A stretch of DNA of 64,000 bases from a bacterium (GTDB lineage: Bacteria; Vulcanimicrobiota; Vulcanimicrobiia; Vulcanimicrobiales; Vulcanimicrobiaceae). The translations under genes were made by a program, and so were the position numbers. The notes beneath the pieces were generated by a model. It ran no database searches, had not been told where the DNA came from, and saw only the letters and a list, made by a program, of their open reading frames with translations. Positions 57,998-64,000 of the stretch are shown here, piece after piece. Where the stretch lies: NCBI GenBank assembly GCA_028869385.1, contig JAGWSR010000061.1, positions 3,526 to 67,525 on the forward strand, written 5' to 3'. Numbering within the stretch: position 1 is the stretch's first letter; each line of letters opens with the position of its first letter.

Positions 57998-59541
57998 TAC
58001 CGCTCCACTTTCTTGAAACGATCGTGCAGTCGATCGTAAGTAAGGCCGTAGCGCTCGGCGAGAGAGAGCGCGTAGGCCAGACCATCAGCGGGTCTTCGTT
58101 CCAATCGGAACGTCCGTTTGCCCGGATCGACCGCATCCACAACGCTCACCATGCTAACGGTCTTCTCGCTCATGGAGGCCAGTTCGTCGATAAACGTCAC
58201 GCAGACGCAGAGCGCGTCGAGTGCGAGTATCCGTTCCATGATGGCCCGGGCGAGCACGCTTGCGTCGCGAGCGGTCGTCGATGCGAATATTTCGTTGAGG
58301 ATGATGATGCTGTTGGAAGTTGCGTGTTCCAGAATATCGTGAATCCGCAGAATGTCGTCTTCGAGCTTGCCGCGCCCCGAAGCCGGATCTTCCTGCCGTT
58401 CGAAGTGAGTGAAGAGTTCGTCGAAGAGAAACGTGGTTGCTTCGCTTCCTGCTACGCGGCATCCGAGCGCCGCGAGATAGTGGAGTTGGCCGAACGTTCG
58501 CGCCAGCGTCGTTTTGCCACCCTGATTGGGGCCAGAGATGACGAGGACGCGCTCAAGTCCGCTTAGCTCGAAATCGTTGGTGACGACGGGCCCATTGGTA
58601 GCTACGATCCGGTGCGCTAGCGCCATGTCGTACGTCTCCCGCGCGCGTACGGTTTTACTGGCGGGGTCGACCCGGGGATAGCACGTTCGGAGTTCCGCTG
58701 CCTCGAAAATCTTCGCATAGTCCGAGGCGGCGAGATAGAATTGGATCTCGCGATCGAACCGCGCGACCGTTTCGTCGATGAAGTCCGCGTGACGTTCGGC
58801 GAAGCGATCGAGCTCGGTGAAAAGCTCGGGATAGAGCTGAGCCACGAACTCGAGGACCTTTTCCTCGATGTGATTCAATGCGCCGCGGTCGTAGAACGTC
58901 ACGAGGTAGCTCTTCGTAGCGCCCTGCCGAAACCTCGAAAAGGTCTCGAGCACGGCTTCGACCAGATCGCGCTCCTCGCCGCAGGGCCGAACGCTCACTC
59001 GCTCTCCGCCTACGAGCACGTCGTACGTAACTCCCGAGAGCCCCATCCGTAACGAGGCCACGTCGTCCGCCAGCCGGAGGAAGGTTTCAGACGTCCGATA
59101 TTGTTCGAGGAAGTCGCGGAATGCAACGAGCCCATGTGACCGAACCGACGGACGGCGAAGGCCTTCGTTTAGGTTCCCGATGGCCGCGCAATACGTTTCG
59201 GCGGCATCGAGACGCCATCTCTCCCGTTCATATCGGTAGCGCAGCTTTGATTCGGTTTCCAACGCCGCCCGCACCGCGCGCATCGCGTCTGCAAAGGTGT
59301 CCACGCACTTGCGCGCCTCGTCGTTCTCTAGGTCGCGGGATATCTCGTGGCGATAACCGATGGCATCAACGTCCCCGAGTGGTACGCGAAACAGCGGTTT
59401 GAGATCGTACGCTTCGCGTCCCGCAAACATCGCATCGGCGATCTGGTCGAGATAGAGGTCCGCGAAGAACGGCGGATCCACCGCCCGCTCCGTAGTCCTT
59501 TGGTCGCCTCGAGCCGGGAAGAGAAGGCTATTGAATGTCAT
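57997..59541 (-). CDS. MutS-related ABC-type ATPase (domain III/V only) A
   Basis: Inner ATG 59541 of ORF 57997..59622, overlapping the DLP2 stop (ATGA). ..VLVISGPNQGGKTTLARTFG..RGKLEDDILRIH..ILNEIFASTTARDA..VTFIDELA. Confidence 0.75.
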   Translation of the reverse strand: MTFNSLLFPARGDQRTTERAVDPPFFADLYLDQIADAMFAGREAYDLKPLFRVPLGDVDAIGYRHEISRDLENDEARKCVDTFADAMRAVRAALETESKLRYRYERERWRLDAAETYCAAIGNLNEGLRRPSVRSHGLVAFRDFLEQYRTSETFLRLADDVASLRMGLSGVTYDVLVGGERVSVRPCGEERDLVEAVLETFSRFRQGATKSYLVTFYDRGALNHIEEKVLEFVAQLYPELFTELDRFAERHADFIDETVARFDREIQFYLAASDYAKIFEAAELRTCYPRVDPASKTVRARETYDMALAHRIVATNGPVVTNDFELSGLERVLVISGPNQGGKTTLARTFGQLHYLAALGCRVAGSEATTFLFDELFTHFERQEDPASGRGKLEDDILRIHDILEHATSNSIIILNEIFASTTARDASVLARAIMERILALDALCVCVTFIDELASMSEKTVSMVSVVDAVDPGKRTFRLERRPADGLAYALSLAERYGLTYDRLHDRFKKVER

Positions 59542-61130
59542 CGCTCGCGCGGTATCCCGTTCGCGCCTCTGCTGCCTGCGACGAGCTCGACCCCGCGGCG
59601 ATCGGCGTCGCGTTCTTCCCAATCCATCAGGTAACGCCGCGTTGCATCGAACTTTAGGACGTATCGTCGCATGTCATCGGCAGTCGTCGTCATCGCCTCC
59701 GCCTGCCGCTTCGTTGCCCGCCTTACGAGCTCGGTATCGCGCAGTGTTTTGGCAACAGCGCGAAAGTGTCCGAGGCAGTACGAGCGGCTCCCGTCTTCGG
59801 TGTCCTCGCGTATCGCACGCGCAGCCTCTCCAACGGCGGCGAGCTCGGCGTCGGAACGGACGCGGCATACTGGGCATCGCCCTCCTTCGTCGGCAATCTG
59901 GCTTATAGCGTCGATGGATCCGCCGACGGCGAGAGCGTCCGCGGCGCGCTCCAACCGCTCGGCCGCGCGTATTAGCGAAACGGAGAGTGCAACACAGGCA
60001 CCTCGTGGGCCGGCGAATGCGTGATATTGCCAAGCGTGGACGCCGCAGAACCCGCCTTCCGCGAGCTCGCTACGTTCGCGCTCAGACTTAACCAGTGCGT
60101 ATTGGTAGCTGCTGAGAAAGGCTACGACGGCGGCGCTCTCACGCTCGCAGACGGCGCATCCGAAGAAGCGCGTTTCGCGAGCACTGTCAAGCGTCGGCAG
60201 CCGTTTGGCTTCAATCGGGCCGCCGCGAATTGCCTGCGCCAGAGCGCGAAGGTTCGCCCGTTCAGAATCGCAGTCGGGAAGATCGTCGACTACGTCTGCG
60301 ATTCTGTCGCACATAACACGAAGAAAATCGGCCTGTTTGCGCTCGACAAGGAAGCGCATCAGGTGCGCGTAGAGACCGTCGATGCCGAAATGTTGCCCCT
60401 CGCGCGCGCAAACGGAGAAAACTTCCGGCCCGTCGATACCGATGCTCCGCAAGACATCGAGCACGTAGTCGCGGATCTTTGCTCGCTCCCCGGGATCCAC
60501 GAGATCGGCCTTATTTACGATGAAGAAGAGCCGTCGACCGTATGAACGCACGAGCTGGACGATGCGCATCTCGTCCTCCGAAAGCGGGCTTTCGAAACTC
60601 GTAACGAGTAATACCGCGTCGGCCTCCGGTAGAAATGCATGCGTCGTTGCGGTGTTCTCGACCACGGGGGAACCGACGCCCGGTGTATCGATGAAGTGGA
60701 ATCCCCTGCGCAACAGATCTGCTGGCAGTTGGATGCGGGCGGTGGCAATGCCAAGAACGTTTCCTGGGTTCCCGCGCTCGGTAACGTACTCGTCAAGTCG
60801 ATCGAGCGACACGCGCTCGGGAATCGAGCGCTCCTGATATTCGATTGTTGCGATCTCCTCGCTGCCGTATGAGACCGTGGTAATCACCGATGTGAGCGGC
60901 AGGATGTCCACCGGAAGTCGCGTGGTCGAAAGCAATGCGTTCATAAGCGATGTCTTCCCACGATTGAAGCGGCCGGCCACGACAAGGTTGAAGCGGTCTT
61001 CGGCGAGACGAGCAAAGATATCGCCGACGGCGGTGTCCCCGGAGTCTCCTTCGCCTCGATGCTTAAGCGCGGCCGAGCGCACGATCTCCGCGAGCGCGAA
61101 CTTCACGTGCTCGTATTCGCGTAGGTCCAT
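59538..61130 (-). CDS. Dynamin-like GTPase 2 with Cys/His-rich C-terminal half
   Basis: G1 is VAGRFNRGKTSLMNAL. G2 is LPLTSVIT. G3 is FIDTPGVGS. G4 is VNKADL. The C-terminal region has CAVCE..(31)..CGVH and CPVCR..(29)..CLGH modules. Confidence 0.75.
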   Translation of the reverse strand: MDLREYEHVKFALAEIVRSAALKHRGEGDSGDTAVGDIFARLAEDRFNLVVAGRFNRGKTSLMNALLSTTRLPVDILPLTSVITTVSYGSEEIATIEYQERSIPERVSLDRLDEYVTERGNPGNVLGIATARIQLPADLLRRGFHFIDTPGVGSPVVENTATTHAFLPEADAVLLVTSFESPLSEDEMRIVQLVRSYGRRLFFIVNKADLVDPGERAKIRDYVLDVLRSIGIDGPEVFSVCAREGQHFGIDGLYAHLMRFLVERKQADFLRVMCDRIADVVDDLPDCDSERANLRALAQAIRGGPIEAKRLPTLDSARETRFFGCAVCERESAAVVAFLSSYQYALVKSERERSELAEGGFCGVHAWQYHAFAGPRGACVALSVSLIRAAERLERAADALAVGGSIDAISQIADEGGRCPVCRVRSDAELAAVGEAARAIREDTEDGSRSYCLGHFRAVAKTLRDTELVRRATKRQAEAMTTTADDMRRYVLKFDATRRYLMDWEERDADRRGVELVAGSRGANGIPRER

Positions 61131-61135
61131 TGCAG

Positions 61136-61573
61136 TTATGCCTCGTCTTCCGAGAGGTCCCGGCGAATCGGTTGGGTATCGAAGTATTCATCCTCTACAG
61201 TCTCATAGGCCCGGAGGCGCTCCTTGAGGGTGCCAATCCGCACCTGGAGTTGACGTGCACTCTGCATCGTCAATTCCAGCATGCCGTATGCGCCCGCGTT
61301 TCTCATCCGCTCGGTCTTCAAATCCCGCATGCACTCGTAGAGCTTGAAGTGCTCGACCGAATACTGCTGCTCCAGTGCATAGAGCATCGATCCGCGCTCG
61401 GCGTGCTCTCGCTGGAGTGCATGGAGTCGTTCCAGCGTCTCTTCGTCGGCGGGACGCATAGCTTGCTTGCAATCGCTGGTTCGAACGGGCGCGGGCCGGC
61501 GTCGCACAAACGAGTATGCGGCGAGGACAATCGTCGTCAACACGTTTACGCCAGCGTGGAAGGTTTTGGCCAT
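61136..61573 (-). CDS. Hypothetical N-terminally anchored coiled-coil protein
   Basis: Inner ATG 61573 of ORF 61136..62197. TM helix VNVLTTIVLAAYSFV, then a heptad-like helical region. Its stop lies 5 nt before the DLP2 ATG. Confidence 0.4.
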   Translation of the reverse strand: MAKTFHAGVNVLTTIVLAAYSFVRRRPAPVRTSDCKQAMRPADEETLERLHALQREHAERGSMLYALEQQYSVEHFKLYECMRDLKTERMRNAGAYGMLELTMQSARQLQVRIGTLKERLRAYETVEDEYFDTQPIRRDLSEDEA

Positions 61574-62274
61574 GGCAACCTGTTCTTGGGGCGATCGCTC
61601 CCATGCACGATCTCGCGCACGCACGCTTCCCGCGCACCCGCGCGAAGGCTCGACCATCGAAGCTTTCTTACGACTGCGCCGATCCCATACGGGGCCGCGC
61701 CGAAGGTGATGCGGCCTCCCTCGAGGAGCGCGTATGCCGCGACGCCCTGCTTTGCGTTCTGACCGACGCTGCCCGGGTTCACGATGACCTTGCCGCCGTA
61801 GCGCCAAACGCCTTGCCGATGCGTATGCGCCGTGACGATCACGTCCGCGCGCGGAAATGCGCGAGTGATACGGTGCAACTCGTCCTCTGTCGGCATGAGG
61901 TAGCGATTGTAATCGCCGGGATAGGCGTGAACCAACGCGATGCGCCTTCCCTCCACCTCGATCTCGAGTTCCGGCGGCAGCGTCGAGAGCCAGGCGAGAA
62001 GGCCTGGCTTGAGCACGCGCCTCGTCCATTCGCGACTCTCGGTCCCGGCTTCGACGAGATGCTCCGGCAGAAGATGAGGCACGCCATTCGCAACTGCATC
62101 GTCCTCTTCGCCGCGAATGCAGGCCGACGGCCGCGTCATGAGCCATTCCACGCATTCGTTTGGCTCGACGCCGAATGTGACGAGGTCGCCGGCGCAAAGA
62201 ATCGCGTCAGCTTCGGGAAGCACCGACAGCGCGTCAAAGTTCGCGTGAATGTCGGCGATGATGAGTGTTCGCAT
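61546..62274 (-). CDS. Calcineurin-like metallophosphoesterase (YfcE/MJ0936-like)
   Basis: Inner ATG 62274 of ORF 61546..62310 (AGGAG 8 nt upstream). MRTLIIADIHAN.. AILCAGDLV.. RIALVHAYPG.. VIVTAHTHR.. VNPGSVG. Confidence 0.75.
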   Translation of the reverse strand: MRTLIIADIHANFDALSVLPEADAILCAGDLVTFGVEPNECVEWLMTRPSACIRGEEDDAVANGVPHLLPEHLVEAGTESREWTRRVLKPGLLAWLSTLPPELEIEVEGRRIALVHAYPGDYNRYLMPTEDELHRITRAFPRADVIVTAHTHRQGVWRYGGKVIVNPGSVGQNAKQGVAAYALLEGGRITFGAAPYGIGAVVRKLRWSSLRAGAREACVREIVHGSDRPKNRLPWPKPSTLA

Positions 62275-62299
62275 GATGCTTTCTCCTACTCGTATCGAA

Positions 62300-62350
62300 G
62301 TAGGAGCCATCAGTCGCGCGACGCGACATCCTCGGCGGGCCCCATCGCCT
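62300..62350 (-). promoter_or_regulatory. Fluoride riboswitch (crcB motif) RS4
   Basis: Minus-strand RNA AGGCGAUGGGGCCCGCCGAGGAUGUCGCGUCGCGCGACUGAUGGCUCCUAC. P2 is GUCGCG/CGCGAC in place of the usual ACCGCC..GGC arm. It is followed by an 8-bp anti-SD hairpin (CUCCUACU/AGUAGGAG). Confidence 0.75.
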
Positions 62351-62356
62351 CATGAA

Positions 62357-62830
62357 CTAGTAGACCTTTTCCGGCGACGCGGCGCTGATGTACTGTCCCC
62401 GCTCGTGCGTCGCGAAGAGCGCGGCGTGCGGCATATGGTGTCGGATGTCGGGGTGGTCGAGCGGCAGCCATTCCAACGTTTGGGCGCCGTCGCCGGGCAT
62501 CGGCTGATGGCGCTCCTCCGACGTGATTTCGGCATAGAAGCATATTTCGAGCACAGGCGTCGACCAGCGGTCTTCTCGGCGCTCGGCGACGAACGCGATC
62601 TCCGTCGTCTCGATTTCGTAACCCGTTTCTTCGAGCGCCTCACGAACGGCGGCGCAGTCGAGTGATTCTCCGAGGCGAGGCGCACCGCCAGGTAGATTCA
62701 CGTGGGCGACAGCAAGTCGAGATTCGCGAACGACGAGTATCTCGTCGCCCGGCCGCAGGATTGCAGCGGAAACTCTTACGCGGTACGGATCGGCGTTGCT
62801 CACAAAAATAGCCCCCATTCGATGCTTCAC
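62357..62830 (-). CDS. NUDIX hydrolase
   Basis: Nudix box GGAPRLGESLDCAAVREALEETG (GX5EX7REUXEEXGU). GTG 62830 or ATG 62818 could be the start. Confidence 0.8.
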   Translation of the reverse strand: MKHRMGAIFVSNADPYRVRVSAAILRPGDEILVVRESRLAVAHVNLPGGAPRLGESLDCAAVREALEETGYEIETTEIAFVAERREDRWSTPVLEICFYAEITSEERHQPMPGDGAQTLEWLPLDHPDIRHHMPHAALFATHERGQYISAASPEKVY

Positions 62831-62838
62831 GAGACCGA

Positions 62839-62890
62839 ATAGGAGCCATCAGCCGTCAAGACGGCGGTTCGAGGCGGTGCCCCATCGCCT
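62839..62890 (-). promoter_or_regulatory. Fluoride riboswitch (crcB motif) RS5
   Basis: Minus-strand RNA AGGCGAUGGGGCACCGCCUCGAACCGCCGUCUUGACGGCUGAUGGCUCCUAU. It lies immediately upstream of the NUDIX gene. Confidence 0.85.
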
Positions 62891-62976
62891 ATTAAGAGTT
62901 CCGTTCGTAGGTACCCAAGAGTCTCCCTTTCCCAAGAAGGACGCCGCACCGCGTTTGAGAACGGGGAGAGCGAAGA

Positions 62977-63037
62977 GGGTGGTGGAGTCCGCCCGGATGC
63001 GGACGCATCCGAACCGCCGTAAGGCCAATGACTCCTG
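62977..63037 (+). promoter_or_regulatory. Variant fluoride riboswitch RS6 with an extra inserted hairpin
   Basis: GGGUGGUGGAGUCCGCCC-[GGAUGCGGACGCAUCC]-GAACCGCCGUAAGGCCAAUGACUCCUG. The pseudoknot pairs GGAGUC with GACUCC. The 3' block GCCAAUGACUCCU resembles the GCUAAUGACUCCUAC form I recall from Bacillus crcB RNAs. It is followed by a 10-bp anti-SD hairpin. Confidence 0.6.
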
Positions 63038-63070
63038 ACAATGACCGCGTCTTGTTGTCAGGAGACCCTG

Positions 63071-64000
63071 TTGATCTTACCCCCGATAGCGGTGCAGGCG
63101 GCCCAAGTACTGACCCTCTTGCTCCTCTCGCCGCTGCTTACGGGATGTATCGCGCGCGCGGAAGCTGTTATCGCGGGCAAGCGCGGACCGTCGATTTTTC
63201 AGACGTATCGCGACATCCTCAAGTTCTTCCGCAAGCAGGCGCTCACACCCGAGCCGTCCTCATGGATCTTTCGCACGGCCCCCTACGTAGCGTGCGCATG
63301 CTACGCCACTATCGCAACGCTCATACCTGTGCTCACGACATATCCGCTGCCGGGCGCAACGTATGGCGACATTCTTGGCGGAGCGTTTCTCTTCGCTCTC
63401 GCCGGCTTCGCGACGGCACTCGCCGGCATCGATTCGGGATCGCAGTACGCCGACATCGGCAGCAGTCGCGCGACCATGGTCGGCATCCTCGTCGAGCCGA
63501 CGCTTATCTTCGTATTCTTCTCCGTAGCTTTCATTACCGGAACCGATCTGCCTTATGCAATGAACGCTGCGCTCCGCCACTCGTGGGCGAACGTGCTGCG
63601 CCCCGCTCACGTGCTCGCCACGGCGGCGTTCTTCATGATGCTACTCGTCGATACCGGACGTATCCCGATCGAGAGCTCCTCCGCAACCATCGAATTCGGC
63701 ATGATCGACGATGCGCGTTGGTTCGAGCATTCCGGCCCCTGGATGGCCCTCTTCAAGTGGGGCTCGTCCATGAAGCAGTTCTTGCTTTATACGATCTTTG
63801 TAAACGTGCTGCTACTCCCGGTCGGCCTATCATCCGATGGTAGTATCCAATCCGTCGCGTTCGCCATCGTGACGCTGTTCGCTAAGATGTTGCTCGTCGG
63901 CGTGATCGTCGTTGCGATCGAAACGACATTCGCCAAGCTACGCCTCTACAAAATCACCGAATTTATCGGAACAGGGCTACTAGTCGCCATTCTTGCGATC
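63071..64000 (+). CDS. Formate hydrogenlyase subunit 4 (HycD)/NuoH-like membrane subunit; 3' end outside window
   Basis: Own translation from TTG 63071 (AGGAG 6 nt upstream); it is not in the ORF track. ..SPLLTGCIARAEAVIAGKRGPSIFQTYRDILKFFRK..GIDSGSQYADIGSSRATMVGILVEPTL..IEFGMIDDARWFEHSGPWMALFKWGSSMKQ..ETTFAKLRLYKI. It is collinear with E. coli HycD as I remember it. Confidence 0.75.
   Translation, partial: MILPPIAVQAAQVLTLLLLSPLLTGCIARAEAVIAGKRGPSIFQTYRDILKFFRKQALTPEPSSWIFRTAPYVACACYATIATLIPVLTTYPLPGATYGDILGGAFLFALAGFATALAGIDSGSQYADIGSSRATMVGILVEPTLIFVFFSVAFITGTDLPYAMNAALRHSWANVLRPAHVLATAAFFMMLLVDTGRIPIESSSATIEFGMIDDARWFEHSGPWMALFKWGSSMKQFLLYTIFVNVLLLPVGLSSDGSIQSVAFAIVTLFAKMLLVGVIVVAIETTFAKLRLYKITEFIGTGLLVAILAI

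Noticed and set aside
61035-61062. The peptide GEGDSGDTAVGD near the N-terminus of dynamin-like GTPase 2 resembles the GDTGDSGDT repeat peptide inserted in LigA (nucleotide GACTCCGGGGACAC versus GACTCCGGTGACAC).
   Set aside because: It is a single partial unit. The GCCCTTCGACAAGCTCAGGG core is absent and there is no tandem structure. It is most likely coincidence in a Gly/Asp-rich linker.
63028-63843. ORF 63028..63843 (+), 271 aa, and the antisense ORFs 63260..63610 and 63301..63534.
   Set aside because: The translation is Arg/His-rich and motif-less. The alternative frame starting at TTG 63071 gives a clean HycD/NuoH-like polytopic membrane protein with a riboswitch-controlled SD, so these are off-frame artefacts.

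Overview
High-GC bacterial chromosome segment that falls into three parts. All calls come from reading the sequence and the ORF translations by eye. No searches were run. Coordinates of RNA elements and of re-assigned starts are good to a few nt.

(1) 1-30.35 kb is core housekeeping DNA (G+C about 70% by eye). It carries:
- a PLP decarboxylase fragment and a GGDEF cyclase
- the prs-rplY(ctc)-pth cluster
- uvrB, a GH38 mannosidase, uvrA, ligA, nnr-acpS and an archaemetzincin-like protein
- a chemoreceptor pair, an S10 peptidase, birA, ndk and eno

Many long Arg/Ala/Pro-rich ORFs in the track are antisense or off-frame artefacts of the high G+C and are not reported. A 26-bp genome repeat (GCCCTTCGACAAGCTCAGGGTGACAC) occurs as an inverted cluster around a terminator. 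It is also inserted in frame, with 18-bp tandem expansions, inside both uvrA and ligA.

(2) tRNA-Met(CAU) and tRNA-Glu(UUC) are followed directly by an element of about 15 kb. This integrative mobilizable element (30.6-45.3 kb, lower G+C) encodes:
- a tyrosine integrase and an excisionase
- an HTH/HExxH-protease pair
- a VirD4/TraG-type coupling protein and a ParA-like ATPase
- MobC-like accessory proteins and a TraA-type relaxase-helicase
- a PadR regulator and an AbiEi/AbiEii abortive-infection toxin-antitoxin pair

No T4SS channel genes are present.

(3) 45.3-64 kb is the most unusual part. Six crcB-motif (fluoride) riboswitch-like elements lie within less than 18 kb. They control:
- DUF190-crcB
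- a leader ORF plus ppa
- an 8-gene translationally coupled operon: unknown protein, divergent enolase paralog, dynamin-like GTPase, MuF-like protein, phosphoesterase, MFS transporter and CFA synthase
- a NUDIX hydrolase
- a 5-gene operon: metallophosphoesterase, TM coiled-coil protein, Cys/His-rich dynamin-like GTPase and two MutS-domain-V ATPases
- a hycD-like membrane subunit

At least five of the six share one expression-platform logic, in which the 3' pseudoknot strand CUCCU doubles as an anti-Shine-Dalgarno. The riboswitch-gated dynamin/MutS-like modules are the best candidate for an undescribed system.
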